A model generated the notes under the pieces. It was not told where the DNA came from. It ran no database searches and worked only from the letters and a program-made list of their open reading frames with translations. A DNA stretch of 64,000 nt, from NCBI GenBank assembly GCA_038065355.1, contig JBBTRC010000007.1, forward strand, positions 42,333 to 106,332, in the 5' to 3' direction. Positions 25,502 to 35,378 of this stretch are shown piece by piece (positions within the stretch are counted from its first letter, which is position 1; each line of letters begins with the position of its first letter). The stretch comes from Patescibacteria group bacterium (GTDB taxonomy: Bacteria > Patescibacteriota > Minisyncoccia > Phycocordibacterales > UBA918). A program made the position numbers and the translations under genes.

Positions 25502-26572
25502 ATGAACGTATTTACGCGACAACTAAACGCGCTTCTTTCGGCTGTTTCTACCGATATGGCGATCGACTTGGGAACGGCCAACACGCTCGTGTATGTCAAA
25601 GGCAAAGGAATAGTACTCAACGAGCCAACGATTGTCGCTATCAATAAAAAAACCGGCCAACTAGTGGCGGTTGGCAACGATGCAAAGACTATGCTTGGCC
25701 GTACGCCCGCACACATCGAGGTCATTCGCCCGTTGGTTGACGGGGTGATTTCGGACTTCGAAGTCACCGAAGAAATGCTCGCGTACTTGATCGCCAAAGT
25801 GCGCGGTGGTGTCCGTTCAATTGTAGCCCCCCGCATGTTGATTGGTGTGCCGTCTGGGATCACTAACGTTGAAATGCGTGCCGCGCGCGATGCGGCAAAA
25901 AATGCCGGCGCACGCGATGTTTTTTTGATTGAAGAGCCGATGGCTGCCGCCATCGGCGCTAAGTTGCCCGTCGGTAAGCCAATTGGCAGTATGATTATCG
26001 ACATCGGAGGCGGTACCACCGACATCGCCATCATCTCGCTTAATGGCATTGTAGTGTCACGTAACTTGCGCGTCGCGGGCGACCACCTCAATGCGGCGAT
26101 CACTTCATACATTCGCGACCAGTTTAAAATCCACGTTGGCGAAAAAACCGCCGAAGACGCCAAAATCGCTCTGGCTTCAATCGCAGTTACCGAGGGAAAT
26201 AAGGAGCTCGTCGCGCGTGGCCGCGACGTGGTGACCGGCCTGCCGCGCGAGGTCATCATCACCGACGCAGATGTAAGGGACGCAGTCTCGGGACAAGTCG
26301 AAACAATCGTTGAGACGGTGCGAAGCGTGCTTGAAGAAACCCCACCCGAAGTTCTCTCTGACATTATGCAGCGCGGCATCCATCTCTCGGGCGGGGGAGC
26401 ACTGATACCTGGCCTGACCGAGCTCCTTGAACACGAACTCCAGGTGCCGGTCGTGGTGGTCCCTGATCCTCTCCGCGCGGTCGTGCGAGGAGCTGGCATT
26501 GTGGTCGAAAATTTAGACGCCTACGCAGAAATACTTTTAGATCATGAAGGTACGTTCACCACGCAAATTTAA
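25502..26572 (+). CDS. mreB: Rod shape-determining protein MreB (operonic copy)
   Basis: MAIDLGTANTLVYV...NEPTIVAI. Followed by mreC, mreD and mrdA. Confidence 0.9.
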   Translation: MNVFTRQLNALLSAVSTDMAIDLGTANTLVYVKGKGIVLNEPTIVAINKKTGQLVAVGNDAKTMLGRTPAHIEVIRPLVDGVISDFEVTEEMLAYLIAKVRGGVRSIVAPRMLIGVPSGITNVEMRAARDAAKNAGARDVFLIEEPMAAAIGAKLPVGKPIGSMIIDIGGGTTDIAIISLNGIVVSRNLRVAGDHLNAAITSYIRDQFKIHVGEKTAEDAKIALASIAVTEGNKELVARGRDVVTGLPREVIITDADVRDAVSGQVETIVETVRSVLEETPPEVLSDIMQRGIHLSGGGALIPGLTELLEHELQVPVVVVPDPLRAVVRGAGIVVENLDAYAEILLDHEGTFTTQI

Positions 26573-27476
26573 AGACCAACCAATCGTGAGAAATGTGGCG
26601 ATTGCGCTCATTCTCTTGGTCGTTGGAGTAGCGGCTCCAGTCGTGTTTAGTGCGGCGGCCAGATTTGTACTAACTCCGGTACACGTTTTTAATCAGTGGT
26701 TGACCGAGTCGTCAGATACGTTTCCTTCTTATATACGTGAACGCACGGCGCTCTACGAAGAGATAAAAAACCTCAAAAACGAACTGGCCATTGCTGGCCG
26801 TAGCAACATCACTACCGAGCGCCTGTACGAGGAAAATTTACGACTTCGTTCACTGCTTCATGCCTCGACCAGCCCACGCATTGGCGCGGCGGTCGTCGCA
26901 CGACCAGACACCCTGCCGTATGACCTTCTACAGATTGATCAAGGAAGTGAAGCAGGGGTTACGGTTGGCTCGCCCGTGTACATCGGTTCAGACTGGGTGA
27001 TTGGTCTCGTCAAGAGTGTCGCGCCTAAGTACGCCTTCGTCGAACTATTGACTACCCCTGGCTTTTCTTCGACTGTATACATTGCCGGAGCCAACGTGAT
27101 TGCAACTATGGAAGGCTACGGCGGCGGTGTGGCGCGCGTGCGAGTGCCGCAAGGAGTGCCGCTTCAAAGTGGAAATTTGGTACACATTCCTAGTATTGAG
27201 CCAGGCATCTTCGGGCGCGTGTCGCACGTGGAGAACACACCGTCCCAACCCGAACAGTTTGGCTACATCACGCCTGAAATACCCATTCAAAGTATATTTT
27301 TTGTGGCTGTGGCCCCACACGTTCCTATTACTACTGACGGAGAGCTCATCAAAGCACACATAGAAGATTTGCTGATAAAAAATCTATCGCTTGGAGACAC
27401 CGGTACGACCACGACTGCCACAAGCACTGTCGCGAATACCACCGCTAGTACTACAGCAACGGAAAACCAACCATGA
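26544..27476 (+). CDS. mreC: Rod shape-determining protein MreC
   Basis: N-terminal TM, coiled-coil (EEIKNLKNELA...LYEENLRLRSLL), beta-rich C-terminal domain. Position after mreB. Start uncertain (overlaps the mreB end by 29 nt). Confidence 0.6.
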   Translation: MKVRSPRKFKDQPIVRNVAIALILLVVGVAAPVVFSAAARFVLTPVHVFNQWLTESSDTFPSYIRERTALYEEIKNLKNELAIAGRSNITTERLYEENLRLRSLLHASTSPRIGAAVVARPDTLPYDLLQIDQGSEAGVTVGSPVYIGSDWVIGLVKSVAPKYAFVELLTTPGFSSTVYIAGANVIATMEGYGGGVARVRVPQGVPLQSGNLVHIPSIEPGIFGRVSHVENTPSQPEQFGYITPEIPIQSIFFVAVAPHVPITTDGELIKAHIEDLLIKNLSLGDTGTTTTATSTVANTTASTTATENQP

Positions 27477-27721
27477 ACTACCCACTCGCTATTAGTGTGT
27501 ACGTTGGCATCATGATTGCGGTGCTTCACGGAGCGTGGCTCGTGGCCGCTCTCGGCGGCTTATTTTTCTCGTTCCGTTATGGGGCACTCGCGCTGGTACC
27601 CCTGGCATTTTTGCTCGATGGCTACATGGGCGCATTCCATGGAATTCCTATGATGAGTATTGGAGCGACTTTGTGGTACGCACTCTGTGAGTTGATTCGC
27701 GTTCGGTTTAAGTTATTGTAA
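27473..27721 (+). CDS. mreD: Small polytopic membrane protein in the MreD position (MreD-like, short)
   Basis: 82 aa, 3 hydrophobic helices, between mreC and mrdA. Called from synteny only. Confidence 0.35.
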   Translation: MNYPLAISVYVGIMIAVLHGAWLVAALGGLFFSFRYGALALVPLAFLLDGYMGAFHGIPMMSIGATLWYALCELIRVRFKLL

Positions 27722-27725
27722 AGAC

Positions 27726-29444
27726 ATGAGTGCGCTTCGTGATCGGTACACCAAAAACGTCGACGTTGAAGAGGTGCTACTTGATGCTTCTAACATCCCA
27801 TCTTTCAACCGAGGTCGTCTTGAAGGGAAACGCGAACTGCCAATCTCGAAAACCAGCTTACGCACGGTCTCTATATTGTTTCTTATCATCGCGGCCGTAT
27901 TTTTTTATCAAATTTTTTCTTTACAAATTGTGCGCGGCGAAGAGTATCGCAGAATCGCCGAAAACAACCGAGTGGACAAGGCACTCATCATTGCGGAGCG
28001 CGGGGTGGTGTACGACCGCTACGGAGAAATGATGGCTTGGAATGAGGCAGACGAAACCGGCGAGTATGACTTTCCGATCAGAGCCTACACCGACCGCCTG
28101 GGACTCGGGCAGGTCCTCGGGTATGTCAGCTACCCGAAGCGCGACGCACACGGCTTCTTCTTTCGTACCGATTACCTTGGCCGCAACGGCGTTGAAGCGG
28201 CCTACGATCACATTCTGAAGGGTCAAAACGGCAGCAAAATTATCGAAGCAGATGCGCTCCAAGAAGTAGTGAGTGAATTTGCCATTGAGTCACCAACTTC
28301 CGGCCACGAGCTCCACCTTTCCATTGACGCCGAGCTTTCTGAAGCTATGTATAACATCATTGCCACCTCAACCGCGCAGGCTGGTTTCCGGAGCGGCGCT
28401 GGGGCCATTATGGACATTCATACCGGAGAATTGATCGCGCTCACGAGCTATCCTTCCTATGACCCGGAGGTGATGGCTGATGGTGACGACGTGGCGCTTA
28501 TAGAAGCGTATAACAACGACGAGCGCTTGCCGTTCCTCAACAAAGTGATTAGCGGCGCGTATACCCCAGGCTCGATTGTGAAGCCGTTTGTCGCCTACGC
28601 GGCGCTTGATAATAAGATTATCTCGCCGGAAAAGACGATCGTTAGCGACGGGTATATCTTGGTGCCAAATCCGTACAACCCAGATAACCCGTCGCGGTTT
28701 AATGACTGGCGAGTACAAGGACCAATGACCATGCGCGAGGCGATCGCCTTTTCTTCAAACGTCTATTTCTACATCGTCGGCGGTGGATTTGGTGACCAGC
28801 CGGGAGTCGGCATTACCAAGATGGCAGAAAATTTTAGACGCTTTGGTCTGGGGTCGCCAACCGGTATCAATCTGGCGCAAGAACAGCTTGGTGTTGTGCC
28901 TGATCCGGCCTGGAAGACTGAAGTATTTGACGACGACTGGCGCCTCGGCGATACGTACTTCACGGCGATTGGCCAGTTTGGATTTCTCGCGACCCCGATT
29001 CAAATGCTACGTGCCTACGCCGCCCTTGCGAACGGCGGGAAGCTACTCACTCCGCATGTTGAACAGGGAAGAGTGAGCGAAGCGGTTGATTTAGGTTTAA
29101 ATCAAGACTACCTAGAGATCATTCATGAAGGTATGCGCAAGACTGTCAACTACAGCGGCGGTACCGCTCGAGCGCTCGAGCGCTCTGATGTGGCGATCGC
29201 GGCCAAGTCCGGCACGGCCGAGGTAGGTGCGGGCAATGCCTACGTCAATTCCTGGACCGCTGGCTTCTGGCCGTATGAAGATCCGCAGTACGCGTTTGTC
29301 ATGATGATGGATAAGGCACCACGCAGTAACGCGCTTGGCGCCACGAGAATTATGGGCGATGTGTTCGAGTGGATGAGCGTTCATCGGCCGGAGTACCTGG
29401 GAATTGCGAGCGAGGACGTAGATATTGAGGTGACGAATGAGTAG
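27726..29444 (+). CDS. mrdA: Penicillin-binding protein 2 (peptidoglycan D,D-transpeptidase MrdA)
   Basis: SxxK (GSIVKPF), SxN (FSSNVYF), KSGTA. N-terminal TM anchor. Confidence 0.85.
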   Translation: MSALRDRYTKNVDVEEVLLDASNIPSFNRGRLEGKRELPISKTSLRTVSILFLIIAAVFFYQIFSLQIVRGEEYRRIAENNRVDKALIIAERGVVYDRYGEMMAWNEADETGEYDFPIRAYTDRLGLGQVLGYVSYPKRDAHGFFFRTDYLGRNGVEAAYDHILKGQNGSKIIEADALQEVVSEFAIESPTSGHELHLSIDAELSEAMYNIIATSTAQAGFRSGAGAIMDIHTGELIALTSYPSYDPEVMADGDDVALIEAYNNDERLPFLNKVISGAYTPGSIVKPFVAYAALDNKIISPEKTIVSDGYILVPNPYNPDNPSRFNDWRVQGPMTMREAIAFSSNVYFYIVGGGFGDQPGVGITKMAENFRRFGLGSPTGINLAQEQLGVVPDPAWKTEVFDDDWRLGDTYFTAIGQFGFLATPIQMLRAYAALANGGKLLTPHVEQGRVSEAVDLGLNQDYLEIIHEGMRKTVNYSGGTARALERSDVAIAAKSGTAEVGAGNAYVNSWTAGFWPYEDPQYAFVMMMDKAPRSNALGATRIMGDVFEWMSVHRPEYLGIASEDVDIEVTNE

Positions 29445-29581
29445 TTTTAAAGACACGGATCGAGTCCTCCGCTCGCCGTTGGTTCTTATAAAGACGCTTC
29501 GCATCTTGACAAAAACCAAGCTCCGCGAGTTCTTTAAAACTACTCACTCGTCACTGTATCTGGTAACTTTTTTTATGAACA

Positions 29582-29609
29582 TTGACCCGCTCCCGTAACT
29601 GCGTATAAT
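29582..29609 (+). promoter_or_regulatory. Sigma-70-like promoter TTGACC-16-TATAAT upstream of greA
   Basis: Near-consensus hexamers, 16-nt spacer, 18 nt before the greA ATG. Confidence 0.5.
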
Positions 29610-29627
29610 TGGGGGAAATTTTACATT

Positions 29628-30098
29628 ATGAATGACACACAAGCTTTCCTTACCCCTGAGAAATTTGAGGAACTCAAAAAAGAACTCGACCATCTAAAGA
29701 CCGTTCGCCGCAAAGAAGTCGCTGAGTCGCTCGAGTACGCGCGTAGCCTCGGCGACCTTTCAGAAAACGCCGAGTATCAGGAGGCACGTGACATGCAATC
29801 GGCCATTGAGGAACGAATCGGCTACCTGGAGAAGACTATTAAAGAAGCGAAGATTGTGGCGCATGATAAGCATGGTGATGTCGTCGGGCTTGGGTCAAAG
29901 GTGAGTATTCAAAAAGACAAAGATAAAGAAAAGCGAGAATACACGATTGTCGGATCTGACGAAGCCAACATCCATGAGCGCAAGCTTTCGTACCTCTCTC
30001 CCCTCGGCGAAGCGTTGATGGGAAAGCGAAAAGGGGACGATTTTGAGTTTGAAACGCCAGTGGGAAAGCAGAAGTACAAAGTCCTCAAAGTCGAATAG
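29628..30098 (+). CDS. greA: Transcription elongation factor GreA
   Basis: N-terminal coiled-coil ...LGDLSENAEYQEARDMQ... and C-terminal FKBP-like domain. Confidence 0.9.
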   Translation: MNDTQAFLTPEKFEELKKELDHLKTVRRKEVAESLEYARSLGDLSENAEYQEARDMQSAIEERIGYLEKTIKEAKIVAHDKHGDVVGLGSKVSIQKDKDKEKREYTIVGSDEANIHERKLSYLSPLGEALMGKRKGDDFEFETPVGKQKYKVLKVE

Positions 30099-30234
30099 TC
30101 GCGTGCGCAAAAACTCCAGCTACTTTGTTGCTTCCTTCGCTCACATTGTCATCGTATATTGAATACGACTTCAACGCTCGCGGAGTCGCGCCTCGTATCT
30201 GAAGTTTTTTGCATCACGCTTGAATAACGTTAAA

Positions 30235-30272
30235 GCCAAGGCCGGCTCCAAAGGAGCCGGCCTTGGCTTTTT
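30235..30272 (+). terminator. Rho-independent terminator after greA
   Basis: 15-bp perfect stem GCCAAGGCCGGCTCC/GGAGCCGGCCTTGGC, AAA loop, TTTTTCG. Confidence 0.8.
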
Positions 30273-30298
30273 CGGCGTGCTACGCTAGGATTACACAC

Positions 30299-31759
30299 AT
30301 GTCTACCACTGAAGATTTTCGAGCTGACCGAGAAAAAAAAATTGCCCACCTCAAGTCGCTCGGGGTGAATCCTTATCCGGCCAAGGTTGATGTCACACAC
30401 ACTGTGGCCAAAGTGAGTGAGGACTTTTCAGCTCTTGAAGCGAGCAAAACGAGCATCTCTATCGCTGGTCGCATTATGGCGATGCGTGAACACGGCGCAC
30501 TACTTTTTATAGACGTGCAAGATGGTACCGGTAAGCTGCAAGGATTTTGTTCGAAAGACGAGCTCAGAGAAGAACGCTTTTTGCAGTTGCGGGACACCAT
30601 GAGCACCGGTGATTTTATTTCTTTGGCGGGAACCGCCCACACGACAAAGCGCGCCACGCAAGCGATTTTGGTCAAAGACTGGCAGGTAGTCGGGAAAGCG
30701 CTCCAAAATATTCCGACCGAACACTTTGGCATTAAGGACGAAGACGAACGGTTTCGTAAACGTTACCTCGACTTACTGCTCAGCGCCGAAGAACGAGAAC
30801 TGTTTGTCAAAAAAGCCAAATTCTGGGATGTGACCCGTGAGTTTATGAAACGTCATGGGTTTCTTGAAGTGGAAACGCCCACGCTTGAGGTGACGACGGG
30901 CGGCGCCGAGGCGCGGCCGTTTGTGACGCACCACAACGATTTCGATATGGATGTGTACCTGCGCATATCAATAGGTGAGCTGTGGCAAAAGCGCCTGATG
31001 GCCGCCGGTTTTGATAAAACGTTTGAAATCGGGCGAGCGTTTCGTAATGAGGGGACGAGCCCGGAACATTTGCAGGAGTTCACCAATATGGAATTTTATT
31101 GGGCGTATAAAGACTACCAAGCTGGCATGGTGCTCGTGCGCGACCTGTACATTGAGATTGCTGAAAAGGTATTCGGTACGACAAAGTTTGAGATGCGTGG
31201 ACATTCTTTTGATTTGGCCGCTGAGTGGGCTCATATCGACTACAGCGAAGAAATTGAGAAGCAGACTGGGGTAAATATTATGACGGCCAGCGATGAAGAT
31301 CTACGCGCAAAACTTACCGAACTCGGTGTGGTGTACGAAGGCGACAACCGCGAGCGGCTCACCGACACGCTCTGGAAGTATTGCCGAAAACATATCTCTG
31401 GTCCGGCTTTTCTTGTTCATCACCCTAAGCTGGTCGCACCCTTGGCGAAGGCGCGCCCTGACGGAAAGACGGTCGAGATGTTCCAGCCGATTATCGCCGG
31501 TAGTGAAGTTGGTCGTGGCTACAGTGAGCTCAATGATCCAGTCGATCAGCGGGAACGTTTTCTGGTGCAACAGAAACTCATCGATGCCGGCGACGAAGAG
31601 GCCATGATGCCGGACTTTGAATTTGTTGAGATGCTTGAGTACGGAATGCCGCCGACTTGCGGTTTTGGCTTCGGAGAGCGACTGTTTGCTTTTTTGGCCG
31701 GTAAGCCGCTCCGCGAAACCCAGCTATTTCCGCTTATGCGACCAAAAGGAAAGGAATAA
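30299..31759 (+). CDS. lysS: Lysine--tRNA ligase (class II)
   Basis: N-terminal OB anticodon-binding domain, FLEVETP, motif 2 FEIGRAFRNEG, motif 3 GGFGFGERL. Confidence 0.9.
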   Translation: MSTTEDFRADREKKIAHLKSLGVNPYPAKVDVTHTVAKVSEDFSALEASKTSISIAGRIMAMREHGALLFIDVQDGTGKLQGFCSKDELREERFLQLRDTMSTGDFISLAGTAHTTKRATQAILVKDWQVVGKALQNIPTEHFGIKDEDERFRKRYLDLLLSAEERELFVKKAKFWDVTREFMKRHGFLEVETPTLEVTTGGAEARPFVTHHNDFDMDVYLRISIGELWQKRLMAAGFDKTFEIGRAFRNEGTSPEHLQEFTNMEFYWAYKDYQAGMVLVRDLYIEIAEKVFGTTKFEMRGHSFDLAAEWAHIDYSEEIEKQTGVNIMTASDEDLRAKLTELGVVYEGDNRERLTDTLWKYCRKHISGPAFLVHHPKLVAPLAKARPDGKTVEMFQPIIAGSEVGRGYSELNDPVDQRERFLVQQKLIDAGDEEAMMPDFEFVEMLEYGMPPTCGFGFGERLFAFLAGKPLRETQLFPLMRPKGKE

Positions 31760-31780
31760 GGAGGAAAGCAAAAGAAAAAC

Positions 31781-31812
31781 GGCGGCCCTACGGGCCGCCG
31801 TTTTTCTTTTTT
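31781..31812 (+). terminator. Rho-independent terminator after lysS
   Basis: CGGCGGCCC-TAC-GGGCCGCCG followed by TTTTTCTTTTTT. Confidence 0.75.
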
Positions 31813-31842
31813 CATACAATCTTCAAACTGGGATGTGTATAA

Positions 31843-31905
31843 CTGTGGTTGATGGTGGGATGAGGTGGTATAGAATGTTGTGGTGGTGGGAGATAGTGGT
31901 ATACT
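31843..31905 (+). promoter_or_regulatory. mraZ promoter region with array of GTGG boxes at 10-bp periodicity (candidate MraZ operator) and extended -10 TGgTATACT
   Basis: GTGG at about 31846, 31856, 31866, 31880-31889 and 31896. TATACT at 31900-31905 preceded by TG. About 95 nt upstream of the mraZ ATG. Confidence 0.5.
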
Positions 31906-32002
31906 GTGAAAACAGTATGCAAGAGCTAACTTCCGAATCCGCCACAACCGCGTCTCCACATTTGGTTGCGGTCGGTTCGGAAGTTGGCTCGGACTATCAA
32001 GT

Positions 32003-32437
32003 ATGTTGATTGGCGAATACAAGCACACGTTGGATCCCAAGAAACGGCTGTCCTTGCCGTCTAAATGGCGCAAGGAACTTGGGAAATCGCTTGTGGTCAC
32101 TCGCGGACTTGATAACTGTCTCTTTGTATATCCGCTCAAAGAGTGGCAGAAGATCACTGAAAAAGTTGGTCAACTGCCACTTGGTCAAGCGGACACCCGA
32201 AGTTTCAATCGCTTCTTTCTGTCGGGAGCAGTAGAAGTGGAGGTAGATTCAGTTGGACGTATTCTCGTGCCAGATTTCTTGAAAGATTTTGCCACGCTAA
32301 AGAGCAGTGTTGTGCTCGCGGGCATTCATGATCGAATCGAGATTTGGGATGAGAAGAAGTGGGAGAACTATAAACGCACTATCGAAAAACAGGCTGATGC
32401 TTTGGCAGAAAAGCTTGGTGAGATCGGCGTCCTCTAA
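32003..32437 (+). CDS. mraZ: Transcriptional regulator MraZ
   Basis: MLIGEYKHTLDPKKRLSLPSKWR and a second repeat DSVGRILVPDFL (tandem MraZ/SpoVT-AbrB-like domains). Confidence 0.9.
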   Translation: MLIGEYKHTLDPKKRLSLPSKWRKELGKSLVVTRGLDNCLFVYPLKEWQKITEKVGQLPLGQADTRSFNRFFLSGAVEVEVDSVGRILVPDFLKDFATLKSSVVLAGIHDRIEIWDEKKWENYKRTIEKQADALAEKLGEIGVL

Positions 32438-32448
32438 ATCAACTTCGT

Positions 32449-33333
32449 ATGGAACACATCACAGTCCTCAAAGAGGAAGCGGTAGATGCGCTGCACCTAT
32501 CGGCACACAGCACTGTCGTTGACGCTACCTACGGAAGCGGGGGACATGCGAATGCGATTCTCACTCGTCTTAATGAGCGCGGTTGCTACGTTGGCATTGA
32601 TGCCGACGAGAGCGCCCTTACCGGAATCGACGTAGCAAGACACAAAGCCACTGTGCACTTGGTGCACGAAAATTTTCGCAACATCGCGGAAATACTTCGT
32701 TCTTTACATATTGAAAAAGTTGATGCCATCCTGGCCGACCTTGGTTGGCGCATGGAACAGTTTAGCGACGGAGGCAAAGGCTTTTCATTTGCCCAGAGTG
32801 AACCGCTCCAGATGACCTTCGGCGACCCCAACGATTATCCCTTCACGGCCGCCGACATCGTCAATGAGTGGTCGGAAGAGACGCTCGCGAACATCTTCTA
32901 CGGGTACGCTGAAGAACGATTCTCGCGTCGTATCGCCAAGGCCATTGTCGAGGCGAGAGCAAAAACCGTCATTACCACCTCGACGCAACTGGCAAACATT
33001 GTGCTCGCCGCTTTACCCAAGGCCGTAGGGCACAAGCGTATACACGGAGCCACCAAGGTGTTCCAAGCACTTCGCATCGCCGTCAACGACGAGCTCGGCG
33101 CGCTGGAGACACTTTTAAAAGACGGCTTTACGGCTCTGCGACCAGGTGGACACATGGCAATCATCACTTTTCACAGTATTGAAGACCGGCTCGTAAAGCA
33201 CTACTTCCGCGAACTCGTGCGCGAAGGCAGAGGCGACTTTGCACCCAAAAAACCAATTGCGCCGACGGCCACCGAAGCAGCTCACAACCCTCGTGCCAGA
33301 AGCGCCAAATTACGAATTATTAAAAAACTTTGA
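32449..33333 (+). CDS. rsmH: 16S rRNA (cytosine1402-N4)-methyltransferase RsmH (MraW)
   Basis: HITVLKEEAVDAL...VDATYGSGGHA (SAM motif), full length. Confidence 0.9.
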   Translation: MEHITVLKEEAVDALHLSAHSTVVDATYGSGGHANAILTRLNERGCYVGIDADESALTGIDVARHKATVHLVHENFRNIAEILRSLHIEKVDAILADLGWRMEQFSDGGKGFSFAQSEPLQMTFGDPNDYPFTAADIVNEWSEETLANIFYGYAEERFSRRIAKAIVEARAKTVITTSTQLANIVLAALPKAVGHKRIHGATKVFQALRIAVNDELGALETLLKDGFTALRPGGHMAIITFHSIEDRLVKHYFRELVREGRGDFAPKKPIAPTATEAAHNPRARSAKLRIIKKL

Positions 33334-33342
33334 ACTTTTATC

Positions 33343-33648
33343 ATGAACAAAAGTCGCGACCATATCACAAGACAACGACAAACGCTCGCCAGCGTGGGCC
33401 TTTTAGTGACTGTTATTGTCTTGTATATCTACTTTTTAAATATTTCAGTCGTGCACGTGGTCATGCGTAAAGAGGCGGCCAAGTCCGTGAACGAACTCCA
33501 AACAGAAATCGCCATTCTTGAGAGCGCTTTTATTGAATCGCAGCATACGGTCGCGGCTCGTATCGCAACCCTAGAAGGGTACAACCTAGAGAGCGAGAAA
33601 ATCTTCATTACCCGTGGCGATACCAGTTTGGTGTTGCGGGAAAATTAA
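33343..33648 (+). CDS. ftsL: Cell division protein FtsL-like (small bitopic coiled-coil protein)
   Basis: 101 aa, single TM followed by a coiled coil. Conserved position between rsmH and ftsI. Confidence 0.5.
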   Translation: MNKSRDHITRQRQTLASVGLLVTVIVLYIYFLNISVVHVVMRKEAAKSVNELQTEIAILESAFIESQHTVAARIATLEGYNLESEKIFITRGDTSLVLREN

Positions 33649-33654
33649 TCACCT

Positions 33655-35376
33655 ATGCGGCGGGCTCACTTAATACTCCGGATCCGACTGGTATCTGCTG
33701 GCGTTTTACTTTTGGCGCTCGTACTGCTCGCGCGTTTGTATCAAATTCAGATTGTACAGAGCGCCGAATACCACGCACGCGCCGAACGCCAGTATGTGCA
33801 TACAAAGAGCGATTTGTTTTCGCGCGGGTCGATTTACTTTAAAACCCGTGACGGCGAGCATCTATCTGCGGCGGCGGTGCAGTCAGGATTTGTACTGGCG
33901 GCAAATCCCACCCACGTGAATGACAAAGAAGCGTTTTGCACCGCGCTCGCTGATTACATTCAAAACACTCATGAATGGTGTGTAGTCAAAATGTCACAAG
34001 AAGACCGTACCTATGTAGAGCTCGAACAACGTGTGTCAAAGGAAACTGCCGCCACTCTCGAAGAGCTCGTCCCGACTGGTGTATTGCTTTACAAAAATCA
34101 GTGGCGGTACTACCCAGGCGGGTCGGTTGCCGCCCGGACTGTCGGCTTTGTCGGTTATAGTAGCGACGATGGAAATGAGCTGCGTGGTAAGTACGGCCTT
34201 GAACGCCAGTATGACGACGTACTCTACCGTAGCCCGGAGGTGCTCTCGGTCAATTTTTTTGCTGAATTATTTAGCAATGTCGGCGAATTGGTGACTGGCA
34301 AAAACACCGCTCGTTCTGGCGACATCGTTACCACCCTTGAGCCATCTGTCTCGCGGATGCTCGACACGGTGTTGATAGACACCAATGACTTGTACCACAG
34401 CGCGCTGACCGGCGCGGTCATTATGAACCCTAAAACAGGAGCCATCTACGCCATGAACGCAGTGCCCGGGTTTGATTTAAATGATCGAGCGGAGGCGACT
34501 ATTGAGCAATTTAGAAATCCTTTGGTTGAAGACGTGTACGAGTTTGGATCAACCATCAAAGCTCTCACTATGGCCGCTGGATTGGACGCTGGTGCAATTG
34601 CCCCTTACACGACCTACTACGACCCTGGTGAGATCGAACTTGATACCTTTACCATTCGCAACTTCGACGGCCGTGGCCGCGGCACGGTGCCGATGCAAGA
34701 AATTCTTAATCAGTCGCTCAACACCGGTGCGTCATGGATCGTAACGCAAATGGGCAAGCAAAAGTTCCGCGAGTATTTTTTGAATTTTAAACTGGGAAGC
34801 GAAACCGGTATTGACCTCCCGAACGAAGCCTATGGGTTGGTGGACAACCTCCAGTCTCCTCGTGACGTTGAGTATGCGACGGCGTCGTTCGGGCAGGGTA
34901 TCGCGCTCACCCCCATCGCCGCCACCCGCGCATTCGCAGCGCTCGGCAACGGCGGCCACTTGGTGACTCCGCACGTGGCTTCGGGCATCGAGTACAGCGA
35001 CGGCACCTCTAAAGAAATCCGCTACCCAGAAGGAACGCAAGTGCTCAAGCCAGAGACCAGCGAGGAGATCTCTCGCATGTTGAGCGTCGTCGTAGACGAA
35101 GCTTTGCGCGGCGGAAAGGTCGCGCTCCCGCACCACACCATCGCCGCGAAGACAGGCACGGCACAAATTCCCGACCCGGTCAATGGCGGCTACTACGAAG
35201 ACAAGTTTCTCCACTCATTTTTCGGCTATTTTCCGGCCTATGACCCAGAGATTATCGTTTTCATGTATACTGTAGAGCCGCAGGGTGTCCAGTACGCGTC
35301 CGAGACGCTGACCGACCCGTTTATGCAGATTGCAAAGTTTTTGATTAACTACTATTCAATTCCGCCTGACCGCTAA
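33655..35376 (+). CDS. ftsI: Penicillin-binding protein (FtsI-type class B transpeptidase)
   Basis: SxxK (GSTIKALT), SxN (NQSLNTG), KTGTA. N-terminal TM. dcw cluster position. Confidence 0.85.
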   Translation: MRRAHLILRIRLVSAGVLLLALVLLARLYQIQIVQSAEYHARAERQYVHTKSDLFSRGSIYFKTRDGEHLSAAAVQSGFVLAANPTHVNDKEAFCTALADYIQNTHEWCVVKMSQEDRTYVELEQRVSKETAATLEELVPTGVLLYKNQWRYYPGGSVAARTVGFVGYSSDDGNELRGKYGLERQYDDVLYRSPEVLSVNFFAELFSNVGELVTGKNTARSGDIVTTLEPSVSRMLDTVLIDTNDLYHSALTGAVIMNPKTGAIYAMNAVPGFDLNDRAEATIEQFRNPLVEDVYEFGSTIKALTMAAGLDAGAIAPYTTYYDPGEIELDTFTIRNFDGRGRGTVPMQEILNQSLNTGASWIVTQMGKQKFREYFLNFKLGSETGIDLPNEAYGLVDNLQSPRDVEYATASFGQGIALTPIAATRAFAALGNGGHLVTPHVASGIEYSDGTSKEIRYPEGTQVLKPETSEEISRMLSVVVDEALRGGKVALPHHTIAAKTGTAQIPDPVNGGYYEDKFLHSFFGYFPAYDPEIIVFMYTVEPQGVQYASETLTDPFMQIAKFLINYYSIPPDR

Positions 35377-35378
35377 CA

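Noticed and set aside
25498-26499. 333-aa minus-strand ORF antisense to mreB, and many similar long antisense ORFs in the track (e.g. 15102..15470, 21263..21787, 34732..35214, 44801..45298, 60711..61138)
   Set aside because: They lie entirely within well-supported sense genes in a GC-rich region. Their low-complexity Ser/Arg/Pro/Ala-rich composition is typical of spurious antisense frames.
29446-29537. 12-bp inverted repeat TAGTTTTAAAGA / TCTTTAAAACTA spanning 80 nt downstream of mrdA
   Set aside because: It is AT-rich with weak internal pairing. It plausibly helps terminate mrdA transcription ahead of the greA promoter, but it is not distinctive enough to call a feature.
31546-32157. 203-aa minus-strand ORF spanning the lysS 3' end, the lysS terminator and the mraZ 5' region
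   Set aside because: It crosses a strong terminator and the mraZ promoter/operator repeats and overlaps two confident genes. There is no domain signal.
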